Source: Diplonema japonicum (taxonomy: Eukaryota; Protista; Euglenozoa: Diplonemea). From it: DNA of 64,000 nucleotides. The notes below the pieces were generated by a model, which made no database searches, had not been told where the DNA came from, and saw nothing but the letters and a program-made list of their open reading frames with translations. Shown here in pieces: positions 20,799-32,610 of the stretch (within the stretch, counting starts at the first letter, position 1; every line of letters starts with the position of its first letter). The DNA lies in contig OZ025752.1 of the NCBI GenBank assembly GCA_964019335.1, positions 62,001-126,000 on the forward strand, given 5' to 3'. The translations under genes were made by a program, and so were the position numbers.

Positions 20799-21313
20799 CC
20801 CGAGTTCTATGTTATGATGAGCTAGCTACGTCCCCAGCACTGTCTGAGGGCAGCGCGTCTACCTGGGAATTATCTTCTGCAGATGAAGGTGCGACTGTGT
20901 GCGGGGGTGCCACGGCTGTTTCGTTTGACGTTGAGGAGCAGAGGGGAGAGCTGAAGAGGGAGAGAGAGTTGCAGTGGGCAGTGGTGGTAGCGGACATGCA
21001 CGCAGGGCTGTCGTGGGGGGACGAGGACGGTGTTAAAGTTTTGAAAATATTGCTGGAAGAGGCGGCTCGACTAGATGTGCGGAGAAACGGCCCAGCGGTG
21101 CTGCCAAAATGGCGGGAATACTCTCGTGAGTTCCTGGCTTCCTTGGAAACCCAGTCTCAAACCCCTTGGGGGATAAGAGGTCAGTTGGTTAACTGCCACA
21201 CCTTCCTCCCTGGGCCACACCCTGACTCTTTTCACATTGATCACTTCTCGTCTACTCTGCGAAGGCAGAACGTCCTTGCTAAACTTCGTCAGTCCGGGTC
21301 CCTCTTTCTGTGA
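20792..21313 (+). CDS. Hypothetical protein (173 aa)
   Basis: Clean ORF with coding-like composition between homopolymer-rich spacers. The ATG follows an A-tract, as in neighbouring genes. Confidence 0.65.
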
Positions 21314-21352
21314 TTTTTCTTTTTTTTTTCTTTTTTTCTTACTCTTAGTACC

Positions 21353-21393
<41 letters not shown>

Positions 21394-22492
21394 GTAGAAG
21401 AGATAGTAAGAGAGAATGTGCTTCCCCCTACTCAACTTCTTATTTCTCAACACCCTTTTTTTTTCCCTCCCTCCTATATTTCCCCCTCTTTTTTTTTTTT
21501 TTTTTTTTTTTTTCTGCGCGGGAAAACCAGTTTTTGCGTGGGGAGGAGGGAGGGGGGAAGGGATTTCCCCCCCCATTCCTTTCCGCCCTTTTCTCCATTG
21601 CCATCTGGTCTTTGTTTTTACCACTTTGGTATTCTTCTCCCCAAATGCGTAGCCCCGGGGAAGGGGGGGGGGGGGGGATCTTTAGAATTTCTTTCTTTTA
21701 AAAAAAAAGTTAATTTTCTTTATTCCATTTTCTTTTCTTTTCTTGCATAAATCTTTAAAAAAAAAAAAAAAAAAAGCAACAGATATCTCAAGGTTTTTTT
21801 TTTTTAGCCAAGCATCAGTTTACCCGAATAATAAAAAAAAGAAAAGAAGAACAAAAAAGAGGGAAAAAATTGTAATCAATTTTTTTTGCGAACTTTGATA
21901 GGTTTGCCTTGGATATCGTAGTTTTTTTTTTTTTTTTTTTTTTTTTTATTTAAAAAGTCGGTGGAAAAGAACCAAAAAAGAGAAAATGGGAGCCACTAAC
22001 ATAACAAAGCTTCTTTTTTTTTCCCCTTCTTTTTCCGATTTTCTTTTTTTTTTTTTTTTCAAATTCACCCCCCTATCCACATCAGTATACTAAAAATAAA
22101 ATAAAATAGCACAATGGATTAAATTTTTAAAAAAAAAAGCATGACTTTTTTCGTTTCACCCCCCCCCCCCTTTTTTTGCTTCTCCACATCTTGCCTTCTG
22201 CCTCCCTAGATGAGGATAATTATTTTCAAATTTTTTTTTTTTTCCCTTTTTTTTTTCTACCAATAAGTTTTTTTTTTTTTCCCCATCCCCCCCCCCCCCC
22301 TCCTCCATTTTTTCGAAAAAAGAAAAAAGAGAAGAAAAAAAATATACTGCTGGGGCACTATTGGCAGCCATAAAGTAACTTACAAAATTGGGGGAAAAGG
22401 AACTCTTTTGAATTTTTCTAAGTACCCCAAACATTGCCAATCTTATTCCAGAAAAGTCCAGACGACCACCAATATAATAGTGGCATAGCTGT

Positions 22493-22544
<52 letters not shown>

Positions 22545-22704
22545 AAGAACGGGCTGCACCCCTTTTTTTTTATTCCTGCAAGAAAAATGTCCCCCTTTCC
22601 CCCCAAAAAAAAAGAAATTAAGGGTTTCCGTTTTTTTACCGAAATTTTAAGGTGGTTCCGTGCCTGTATCAAGAAGGAGAAAAAAAAAAAAAAAAAAAAA
22701 GTTA

Positions 22705-23245
22705 TTTATTGCCAACAAATAATGAGTCATTATTTAACTCGAGTTCCCGAATTTTTTGCACGAGGGCCCTGCGGGCCCTCGTGCAAAAAAACGGTAACGA
22801 GTGTTAAATAATGGCTCATTTGGCGGCAAGTAAGTCGTTTTATTTCACTTTTCGTCATTTGAGTCACTCACTCTTCACTGCTTTCACTGCTGTTTTTTTT
22901 TTCACGCAGGTCAGCTTTTTGGGGATTTTCCTAAGGTAATACAGGGTAGCTATTTCGCCGTGGCATTTAAAGGCACTTATTCCCACTTTTAAGGGCTGGA
23001 ATGGCCTCAGATGGCCAAAAATAGTCAAAATACCCCCACCCCAAAAAACTTTTTCAAGGGGTTGGGTGCATTTTTTTTTCACGGCGAGACTCATTTTTCC
23101 ACTCTGAAGGGCCATTATTTAACTGCAAAATCTCATTATTTAACTAGTTAAATAATGGCGATTTCGCGTTAAATAATGGCCGTTTCGCGTTAAATAATGA
23201 GGCCCTTAGTGAGTGAAGAAAATGACGAAGAGTGAAATAAAAAAA
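22705..23245. mobile_element. Nested-palindrome non-autonomous element (Crypton/foldback-like)
   Basis: 18-bp perfect stem at 22752-22769/22773-22790, a 24-bp palindrome at 23134-23157, 7 copies of CATTATTTAAC in both orientations, and an inverted pair at ~22838-22860/23220-23242. Confidence 0.6.
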
Positions 23246-23336
23246 AAAAAAAAAAACCTTGTCAAAATCCCCCATTCTTCTCTTTTTCGCTCTTTAGTTG
23301 TGCTATTTGGGCGTGATTCTGTACTTTTCACTTTTT

Positions 23337-23373
<37 letters not shown>

Positions 23374-23527
23374 GGGGTGGGGAGGGACACATTCTCTTTT
23401 TTTTTTTTAAATTTTTTCTTCTTCTTCTTGCAGTTGCGGGGAAGGGGGAAAAAAAAAAGGAAAAAAGAAGAACGACGTGGACTTTGTTTGAATGTCGCAG
23501 GACAAAAGCTGGTGATTGCAAAAAGAG

Positions 23528-23569
<42 letters not shown>

Positions 23570-23640
23570 CGTAAACCAAAATGCCTGTCTACTTCTCTTT
23601 GCGGTTGGGCCGACAAATTTCTTCCCTCCCACCCATCATA

Positions 23641-23690
<50 letters not shown>

Positions 23691-24544
23691 CATTAAAAGA
23701 AAAGATTTTTTTTTTTCTTTTGTGTCCTTGCAAATAAAAAAATGAACACGAACGGGGAAAAAAAAAAAAAAAGAAATTGTGTTATGTTGTGTTTTTTTTT
23801 TTTTTTTGATTTCCGTCCCCCCTCCCCCGTCCCCCCCACTTCAAACATTTGAGCTTCCGACAGACCGTGAAAAATATTTCCCCCCTTCTTTTTTTTGAGG
23901 GGGGGGAAGAAGAGAAGAGGGGAAAAAAAAAAAGAGGGGAAACCAAAAGGAAAATTATTTTTTTCGGTAAGGTAGGAGGAGGGAGAAAAATCACTGTTTA
24001 AAAGAAGAAAGGGGGGGGGGGGGGGGGGGGAGAGGGACAACTTCTGCGACGACAACCATTTTTCTTTTTTTTTTTTTTAAACGTTGTTGTTGTAATTATC
24101 AAAAAATAAAATGAAGTGACTTTTTTTTTTTTTTTTTTTTGTATCTCCCAGGCAAATAAGTATCCAAGCAACCCCCCCAGATAATGTCTCGAGCACTTAC
24201 AACCCACCCAGTGGGAGCTGCCCGGCATTTCGAAAAAGAAGTGAAATAATATATAAAAAAATTTAAGGGCGATTCTATCGGTCATCACGCTTAGAAAAGC
24301 TCTTTTTTTTTTCCCCCTCCCCTTTTTAAAAAAAATATATCTTAGGCCGACAATCCCCTCATAAAGTTCGCCAGCGCAACCTTTTTTTTTTTTTTTTTTT
24401 TTTCCTACTCTATATATACATTGCCACACTACGAGCCTACCCTCCAAAACCCGCAATTGTAAGAGAGGATACAGTTAACTATAAAAGTGAAAGAAAAAAA
24501 AAAAAATGTGCAGGGCTGATAACTGTCTGGTTTTTTTTTTTTTT

Positions 24545-25165
24545 TTTTCATTTAATTTTGAGCAGCTCTCTCAAAGAATTTAGGCCGGAAGATATAAATC
24601 AGGTTTTCACTTTATTTCACGCCCAAACCTGGGCGTGAAATAAAGTATCTGATTTTTTTCCTCATGTTTTTAAGCCAAACGTTGCTGATTTTGCTGGGCG
24701 TGAAAATCAGGTACTTTATTTCACGCTCACAGTCATTTCTAGCAAAATGGGAAGAAAACCGAAGGCGACCGGGAAGCGAGCCAAGGGCATCAGCCTCGAG
24801 AAGAGGCCAAAGCTGTGATGGAAGACACGCTTCCAACGGCAAGCAAAATAGCCTACAAGAAGGAGTGGGAGGTTTTGCACCTACCACTCGATCAAACCCA
24901 CGCCCCTTCAGCCCTGCCCGCTTCGACACAGCCCACTTCTTCAGTGCACAGAATCACGTTTGACATAACGTCAACGTCAATTCGCCGAATTGATCATACC
25001 AAACCCAGTACCGTGTTCAGGAAAGACTCGCGCATTGCGCCGCTACAAGCAGGCAGCAGCGAAGCCACACTTAGCACCTAAATTCTTTTCGAGAGCAGCT
25101 CATCATTAAATAAAATGCAGTATTGAATAAAATCAGGCTATCTGATTTTCATTTAATAAATAGCT
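24545..25165 (+). mobile_element. Crypton-like (tyrosine-recombinase) deletion derivative
   Basis: Inverted repeats at 24559-24584/25077-25102 and a 17-bp hairpin at 24609-24646. The internal peptide EEAKAVMEDTLPTASKIAYKKEW resembles the LP..S...Y...W N-terminus of Crypton YR proteins (recalled similarity, not searched). Confidence 0.5.
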
Positions 25166-25811
25166 ATTTTTTTTTTTTTTTTTTTCCCAGGCAGATTTTT
25201 CTTTGAAGGCCGCTGAAGGCCACTGGAACGTAGGAGTCAGGGAATTTTGTCAGTCCGGTTGTTTGTTCACTTTTACAGCTTGTTTCTCCCCCCCCCCTTT
25301 TTTTTTCTTTGCTCATTCTTCTAGCCAAAACTGGGAAGGCCAAGCCTATTTCCCTTCGTATATGTCAACTCTCAGTCCCCCACCCACCTACCCCCTTTTT
25401 TTTTCGTTTGAAAAATTTTTTTCTTTTGGTTTCCTTGCTTTCATCTTCTCTTCCTCCTTTTCTTTTTTATCTTTTCTTTGGTGGGTTGCTGCTAGCACCC
25501 TCTCCCACCACCATCGTGATGTTTCTTTTCTTTTCTTTTCTTTTTGGGTTGATTTTTTTTTCCTCTTCTCTTTGGGTCCGACTACGATGAAAAGTTCTTT
25601 GCAAAAAAAAAAAGAAAAAAAAATGAAAATTTCAAAAGGACAAACCATTAGTGGAAAAAAAAGGGGGGGGGAAGCGACAAAAGAGAGTCAAAAGAAATTC
25701 GACAACACTTTTAAAAAAAAGGGGGGGGGGGGGAAATGAAGAAAACTTGTTTTTTTTATTCCCGTGTAGCCCCTAACCCCAGGAATAAAAAACGAAATAA
25801 AAAAAAAAGAA

Positions 25812-25847
<36 letters not shown>

Positions 25848-26025
25848 CAGGCATTTCATGCCGGTTTTTTTTTTCCCCATCTCCGTTCCCTCTCCCCTAC
25901 ATTTTCTTTTTTTTTTTTTTCCCTTTCCAATTTTTTTTTTTTTTTTTTTTTTCTAAAAAAAAATTTTTTTTTTTCCTCAATTTATTCCAAAAAGTTCAAA
26001 AGGGGAAAAGAAAAAAAAAAAAAAA

Positions 26026-26821
26026 ATGGGTGCGCCGGAACACGACCAGAACAGCCATGTGACTCCCGTCGATGATCCGAAGGGAGAGATCGACAAGAGC
26101 AAGCAGGTTGACAACGATGACGAGGGGGATGAGGAGGCCGCCACCAGCATCGACAAGACTAAAGAGCAGCTTGCCGAGGAGGCGATCAGGAGGTGGCAGC
26201 AGTTCCACTACCCTTCCTGGGCCAGATACATGATTTACACCATGTTCGCCTGCTGTGTCATCAACCAGATCATGACTCTGGACCAGTGGCACGGAACCCA
26301 CATGTGGAGGAAACCCTTTGACCTGTTCCCCACAAACAACATTCCTGGTGGATGGCAGGAGGACGATCTTCGCTACGGATGTGCGATCCTGGGTCTACTC
26401 TCGTCGTGCTTTTCCTTTGTGCTGTCGCCGACTGCTGACAAGTTCAAGTTCATGTTCCTAGTAATGTTCACATCTGGTGTCCTTGGTTTGGTCAGCTTCG
26501 GAATGGATCTGTTCCACCTCAACGTGTGTTTTGCTTTAAAAAAAAAAAAAAAAAAAAAAAACCCAGAGGGCGACGGAGCTCCCGCAGTGCAACCAGATCA
26601 ACGACAACATGACCAACAAGTACATCTGCAACTTTGCTCGTTTCCGTGCCACCGTCATGTTCGACATCATCAGCGGTGTCTTTGGGATCTGCATGTCGTT
26701 CTTCATCCTTCACCAGGCCCTTACCGGTACTGTGTCGAGGAGGATGATCTTCAACGAGCAGAAGGGTACCTGGGACAAGATCGTCCTCTCCCCCGATGAT
26801 GCCTACAGCAAGGTGTTTTTG

Positions 26822-26856
<35 letters not shown>

Positions 26857-27314
26857 CTTCCCCAAGCGTTTTGCTCGTCAGAGGCCGTTCTTCAACCTGG
26901 CTGTGTTCCTTCTCGCCTGTATCAACGGGACGCTCCTTGCTCTTACCATCACTCAGACCACCGGGGATCTTCTCCAGTTCAAGGGCGAGGCAACCCCGAG
27001 GTACAACCCCTTCCGCACCACGCCCGTTGACCAGTACATCATCCAGGGGGACGAGGCTATTAGATACGGTATGGGAAAAAAAAAAAAAAAAAAAAAAAAA
27101 ATGCAGGTAGCTGGCCGTTGTTGAACTTCGAGATCCGTTTGTCGACGAACGCCCTGGCGCTGGTTGTGCTTGCGTTCCTTATCCAGTGGAGGAGAGATGG
27201 ACGCTTTGCGCAGTTCTGCGTGCTTCTGCTTCTTCTCGCTGCCTCTGTGCTGTACTTGTCTGCCTTTTCGCTTGACTACATTGAGTACGATGCTGTATGT
27301 GTTTCATTTTTTGG

Positions 27315-27361
<47 letters not shown>

Positions 27362-27636
27362 ACATATATACTACCCAGGCTTTCGACGATGGGTGCCAGT
27401 TTGCCAAGGCCAACAGCCAGGAGTGCGTGTACTCCAGGTACCTGGCTACCCTTATCTTTGATGGTTTCTGTGGATTCCTCCTTCTTTTCTTCTCTGTCTT
27501 CAACCTGTACCAGTGGCTCCTGCAGGCTGCCAAGCCTCGCGAGGTCATCGAGGGACGCACCTACGGCTGGTGGTGGAACGGAGAGTGGGCCGCCAAGAAG
27601 CAGGCGAAGGCTGTTAACAGAGCCCTTGAGGAATAG
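26026..27636 (+). CDS. Multipass membrane protein, two internally repeated 4-TM modules (467 aa); join(26026..26523,26567..26812,26855..27068,27107..27294,27379..27636)
   Basis: Four GT-AG A-tract introns join three ORF-track frames into one continuous reading frame. The two halves align (GW..LR / SWP..IR; F..D; C..C..RF/Y.AT..FD). Confidence 0.85.
26524..26566 (+). other. A-tract intron 1 (43 nt)
   Basis: aac|gtgtg...(A)n cccag|agg. Splicing restores the frame into the ORF at 26609. Confidence 0.85.
26813..26854 (+). other. A-tract intron 2 (42 nt)
   Basis: aag|gtgtttttg(A)n g|gcc. In frame; would read as poly-Lys if retained. Confidence 0.8.
27069..27106 (+). other. A-tract intron 3 (38 nt)
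   Basis: tacg|gtatggg(A)n tgcag|gtagc. Splicing restores the frame into the ORF at 27118. Confidence 0.85.
27295..27378 (+). other. A-tract intron 4 (84 nt)
   Basis: gct|gtatgt...(A)n...acccag|gct. In frame. Confidence 0.85.
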
Positions 27637-28827
27637 ATAATAGTATTAAAAAAAAAAAAAAAAGCCCCCTTCCCCAACCCCCCTTTTTTTCCCCTTTTTT
27701 TTTCTCCCTTTATAGACGAAAACAATTTGGAGTGTAATAGTGGGGGGGGGGGGGGTAGGGAGGAAAAGGAGGAAAGAGAGAGAGAGAGATGTTGAGGGAA
27801 AAAAAAACTTTTTTTTTGTAACAAACCCCTTTACGAGATTTTTTTTTTTTTTTTTTCCTTTCCTCCACCCCAACCACCATTTTTTTTTTCTTCTTTTATA
27901 TCCGTTTTGTAGGAGCTAGGTTTTTTTTCCCCCCCCTTTTTTTTTCTTAGTTTACTATTGAAAAAAAAAAAAAAAAAAACTGACTTGTAACAGCATTTTT
28001 CTTTTCCTATTTTCTTTTTTTTTCTTTAGCAGCGCTCTCTCTTCTCTTTCTTGGTAATTTCTTCCTTGTCCCCCTCCTTTGTGTTACTTTACAACTTCTC
28101 CCCCCCCCCCCCCCCCCTTCCCCCCCAATGACATGAATTGTGTTTTCTTCCTTTTCCCATACCGGTTTTTTTTTCTCATGAAAAGCAATATTTTTTGTTT
28201 TTTTTTGCCCCCCCTTTCCCCAAGAAAAAAAAGTAACATTTTTTCATTTCCCCCCCGACCCCCACCACTTTTTTTTTAACTGAAGGCCTTTTTTTGTTTT
28301 GTGCTTTCCCCCCTGCCCTTTCCTTCTTTTTTTTTTTTTGGAAAGGGATGTAAGTCAAAGATGAGTAATAGAAGGGAGGAAAACAAAAAAAAAAAAAAAA
28401 CAGGTGGCCGGCCCTTCCCCCCCACTCCGGAGTGTAGTCACTGGTTCAGAGGCAGTGTTTCCACTCCACCCTTTTTTTTACCCCCCCTTTTATTCCTCCC
28501 TATATTGTTTACCCCCCCCCCCCCCCCACACCACAAAAAAAGAAAGAATATCCCCCCTGCCCAACAAGTTTTTCTTTTTTTTTCTTCATTTCATGTAGCT
28601 ATTTTTCCTTCTTTTTTTTTTATTTTTTTTTAAAATTTGATGGAGGCACTCTATTTCTAGCCGGAACAGCAAAAGGGGAGGGAAAAAAAAGGAGAAAAAA
28701 AAAAAACCGATGCATTCGCTAAAGGATAGTGGCGAGAGATGTGGTGAAGGAACCCTCAGACACCCCATAGATGGTCTTGTGAGTGCTTGCGGAGCGCGAC
28801 AAAAGGAGGGCAAAAGGAGGATGAGCA

Positions 28828-28931
28828 TGCTGTTAAGGCAGATGGCAGATGCAAGTGCTTACGATTACCTACCGAAGCGACTTCAGGAAGGCAAGGAATT
28901 CGTGGTGGCGATGGTGAGTTCGGACTGGAGG
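28828..28931 (+). pseudogene. Fragment of the UBL-DUF4116 family
   Basis: Encodes ADASAYDYLPKRLQEGKE..VAMVSSD, which matches the full-length copies. Confidence 0.75.
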
Positions 28932-29094
28932 ACGGACATTGAAAAAAAAAAAAAAAGAAGAAAAAAAGGCCCTTGCAGTATTTCCGTGCTTAATGGGGCC
29001 TGATACCGTGTGTGTGGATGATGACAGACAACTATGTGATGGCGGCTCCCCGCCAAAATCGAAAGGTTATTTCATTTTTTTTTTTTTTTTTGGT

Positions 29095-29530
29095 TGGGAA
29101 CCTGTTGAAAAGGTGGCTACCGTACATTGGATGGAGCTGGAGCAGATTGACGGACTGCAAGAACACGGGATGGCCAGAAATTTATAAGTACATATAACAA
29201 TCGATTGAAAGAAGAAGAACGTTTACCAAGGGATGGCCAGACACGTCGTCAGGGAAGCTGTGAGGAAGGCCCGGTGCAGGGACCTCACAAAGGAATAGGT
29301 GTGGAAGGAGGAGAAGGACCCGGTGGTAGCCTACCAGTGTAGGAGGGGTCGTAGCAGGAGCAGTCCCCTACATAAGCCCACACGCCGGTGCGGGACCGAA
29401 AACTGTACCACTCAACCCGGCAAGGAAAAGGATCTGGAGAAGGTTGACTTGAAAAGTGAGCTTCCCCAAAATTATAGATGCGACATATGCACGCCCACTT
29501 GCGCAGGAAGAGCTAGCGAGGGACGGGTCC
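29095..29530 (+). mobile_element. Degraded fragment of the second non-LTR-like family
   Basis: LLKRWLPYIGWSW and a later CDIC segment match the ORFs at 41455 and 42724. Confidence 0.55.
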
Positions 29531-29754
29531 CTCTTGTGTAAGCCCTTTGACCTGTAGCCTGTGCCCGTAGGTGTAGGGAGCCGTACGCACTTTTTCAGAA
29601 TTTGCTGCGTACGCGTACGCCGACAACGTAGCCCTAAGGGTGGTCCTCAAGTGGGATTTGACCTAAACATCGCCCCCCCCCCCCTTTTTTTTTGCGTCAA
29701 TTACTGTGTATAACGAAAATCACCGGAAGGAAACATGCCCCTCATCTTAAGGAT

Positions 29755-29856
29755 GTCAGTCACTTTTATTCTATTTTATTCGATTTTCTGTTTTTTATGC
29801 AGTATATGTCCCCTCTTCCCCTGTTTTTTACTTACCTTACTTTAATATCATTTCAG
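29755..29856 (+). promoter_or_regulatory. Pyrimidine-tract + CATTTCAG splice-acceptor cassette (probable trans-splice acceptor); representative copy
   Basis: Homologous copies at 14070-14183, 36129-36243 and 56839-56955. The AG lies 22 nt upstream of the ATG of the UBL gene. Confidence 0.6.
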
Positions 29857-29878
29857 CCACCCCCTCATAACAGCCAAC

Positions 29879-31777
29879 ATGGATGTGTTCGTAAAGGACG
29901 CTGCAGGGAAGCGCAAAGAGATGGTGGTGAAGGAGCACAGCACGCTTGCGGAGGTGGTGGAGGAGGCAGAGAGGGTGCTGGGCTATGAGGTGAAGGGGTG
30001 CACGGAGCTGTGGTACGATGGGGCTGTGGTGGCAGAGGGAGGGGACAGCAGCTTCTGCGGGCTGACGGGGATCAGTGCAGGCGACGAAGTGCAGGCCGTC
30101 TACTCCAATGCGAAGATGAAGGAAGAATTCAAGACAGGCAAGGTCCCCTTCGACCACACTTCCCCTGATGTGATGCGAGGCGATGCTGAGATCGCTCTTC
30201 TCGCAGTGAAGAGGGACACGAACTTGTTGAGGCACGCCCTCCCCTCCCTTAGGGGGGACAAGGGCTTTATGCTGTCTGCATTGAAGGCTTTCAGGTATTC
30301 CGATATCCTTCGCCATGCCACCCCCGAGCTCCTCGACGACGCTGGCTTTGCGGCCGACGCCATCATGACAAGACCATTAGATCTTCTTATCTTTTCCAAG
30401 AGGTTGCAGACCGACCCGAGGTTGCGCCTTCTCCACAAGGCCAGTCACCAGCGATTGCTCCCCGACCCTGTCCTTTCTGACGACACGGAGGTCGCCATGC
30501 TTCAGATCAAGATGTGGTCTGAAGCCAACTCACAGGGTCGTCTGCGGTATCGTCGTTTGCGTTTTAGTAACAAGAATGACCACTCGTGCTGTCTGCAGCA
30601 TGTCTCTGAGCGTCTGCAGGGTGACAAGGAGTTTGTGCTGGCTGCTGTGGAGTATGACGGGATGAGCTTGAAGCACGCAGCGGGGCCCTTGAGGAACGAC
30701 CCTGATGTTGTTCGTGCAGCTGTGCAGCAGAATGGGATGGCCTTGGGTTTTGCATCTGAGAAGGAGGAAGAAGAGGAAGGCTCGCAGAGCTACGGGAAGC
30801 TGCGAAAAGGTGTCCTTCGTTCACTGTGCATACGACGCATGGTCACTGTCCCAACAGGTACCCTCAAGCCTGGGCTTGTGAAGCTGCTGAGGCAGTATGA
30901 CAAAGAGAAGAGGCAGGAGAAAAAAGCAAAAGAGGCAAAAGAAAAGGAAGAAGAGAAGGCAAAAGCAAAAGAAAAGGGGGGAGAGAAGGAGAAAGCCATT
31001 GGGGAAAAGAGAGAGCTTGATGGGCCAGCTGGAGACCAACCCCCTGCAAAAAAACAGAAGACAGAAGTGGTGGGTGAGGAGTTGTCCTTCAGAAGCAACC
31101 CGGAGTTTGCGATGTTGGCGGTGAAGCAGGACTGGGTGGCCGTTTGCCACCTCACAGGTGCGGCGAGGGACAGCAAGGAGGTGGCATTGGAGGCTGTTAA
31201 GGTAGATCCAAGTGCTTACAGTTACCTACCAAAGCGACTTCAGGAAGACAAGGAAGTGGCGCTGACGATAGTGAGTTCAAACGGGAAGCGTGTGCAGTGC
31301 CTCCTAAAGAAGCTGAAGAAGGACAAGTGTGTGGTGCTGGCGGCGGTGAAGCAGAACGGGACTGCATTGAAGTATGTGAAGCAGTACTTCGATGACGACA
31401 GGGATGTGGCCTTGGTGGCTTGCATCAGCGGCGGGTGGCCTTACCTCTCCGACAGGCTGAAGGGGGACAAGCAGCTCGCGATGAGGGCGGTGGCGCACGA
31501 CGGAAAGCTCTTTGAGCAGTTCAGCCCAGAGCTTCGGAGCGATAAGGACGTGGCACTGATCGCTGTGAAGAGGATGGCAATGCTCTCCACATCCAGTGGA
31601 CACACAACCTTGAAGATGGTGGGGGAGAACCTGGCACCATTACTGGAATTTGCTTATGCCGTATTGAATGATAGTGACTGCACAGGAGTTGATGAGCTCA
31701 AGAAGAAAAAAGAAAAAAAGAGCGTGAAGCGCAGCACCCGATTCGTTGAATCTGAATCCGAAGAAGAAGAAGATTGA
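29879..31777 (+). CDS. UBL + DUF4116-like repeats + SAP-like motif + bipartite NLS, copy A (632 aa)
   Basis: The N-terminus MDVFVKDAAGKRKEMVV...ELWYDG...GISAGDEVQAV aligns with ubiquitin. D(K/R)E(V/F)VLAAVxxxGxAL..(A/L)S..L repeats follow, with LRSLCIRR...GTLKPGLVKLL (SAP-like) and KR-x11-KKQK. Confidence 0.85.
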   Translation: MDVFVKDAAGKRKEMVVKEHSTLAEVVEEAERVLGYEVKGCTELWYDGAVVAEGGDSSFCGLTGISAGDEVQAVYSNAKMKEEFKTGKVPFDHTSPDVMRGDAEIALLAVKRDTNLLRHALPSLRGDKGFMLSALKAFRYSDILRHATPELLDDAGFAADAIMTRPLDLLIFSKRLQTDPRLRLLHKASHQRLLPDPVLSDDTEVAMLQIKMWSEANSQGRLRYRRLRFSNKNDHSCCLQHVSERLQGDKEFVLAAVEYDGMSLKHAAGPLRNDPDVVRAAVQQNGMALGFASEKEEEEEGSQSYGKLRKGVLRSLCIRRMVTVPTGTLKPGLVKLLRQYDKEKRQEKKAKEAKEKEEEKAKAKEKGGEKEKAIGEKRELDGPAGDQPPAKKQKTEVVGEELSFRSNPEFAMLAVKQDWVAVCHLTGAARDSKEVALEAVKVDPSAYSYLPKRLQEDKEVALTIVSSNGKRVQCLLKKLKKDKCVVLAAVKQNGTALKYVKQYFDDDRDVALVACISGGWPYLSDRLKGDKQLAMRAVAHDGKLFEQFSPELRSDKDVALIAVKRMAMLSTSSGHTTLKMVGENLAPLLEFAYAVLNDSDCTGVDELKKKKEKKSVKRSTRFVESESEEEED

Positions 31778-32230
31778 AGAACACTGAATCTGCATCTGAA
31801 TCTGATTTAAAAAATCTTATCTGACACCGGTAGTTTTTGAGAGGATAGAGTCCCCTTTTTTTTTAGCGCACTCTTCGTTCTTTTTCTTTTATGGGCCAGT
31901 CATGGTACGTTGGTAAGAGCAAGACCTCCATGACAACTACGGAGCTCGATAGACTACTGGTTCAGCGGGGAGGCTGCAGAGGAGTTGATGAGCTCAAGAA
32001 GAGCGTGTTGCGCAGCACCCTGCCAAGGAGAACACTGGAATTAAAAAAAAATTCTTATTTTTTGACACCGGTAGTTTTTGAGAGGATAGAGTCCCTTTTC
32101 TTTTAGCCTATTTGGGCGATTGCATTCTCTTGAGACACATCTCTTGATTTTTATTGTGACTCTGTTTTTCTCTCGTTCTGCCCCCCCTTTCCCTTTACAA
32201 CATTTCAGCCACCCCCTCATAACAGCAAAC

Positions 32231-32610
32231 ATGGATGTGTTCGTAAAGGACGCTGCAGGGAAGCGCAAAGAGATGGTGGTGAAGGAGCACATGCTGAGAT
32301 CGCTCTTCTCGCAACGCAGAGGGACACGAACTTGTTGAGGCACGCCCTCCCCTCCCTTAGGGGGGACAAGGACTTTATGCTGTCTGCATTGAAGGCTTTC
32401 AGGTATTCCGATATCCTTCACCATGCCACCCCCGAGCTCCTCGACGACGCTGGCTTTGCGGCCGACGCCATCATGACAAAACCATTTGACAGTCTTCCTA
32501 TGTTCTTCAGCTGTACACTCTGGAGAGCCCCTTGTGCTACGACGTGAAAGCGGCGATGCGTGAGGTGGAGTTCCGCGGGGAGCGACAGCGCTACGAGCCG
32601 ATGAAGGACG
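32231..32610 (+). pseudogene. Deleted UBL-DUF4116 copy fused to a ~100-nt piece of the ART-ankyrin gene
   Basis: Internal deletion after gagcac. The segment 32510-32609 is near-identical to ~46004-46103. Confidence 0.85.

Noticed and set aside
14623-28828. Many poly-Lys/poly-Phe ORFs
   Set aside because: They arise from stop-free homopolymer tracts. Within real genes the poly-Lys stretches are introns.
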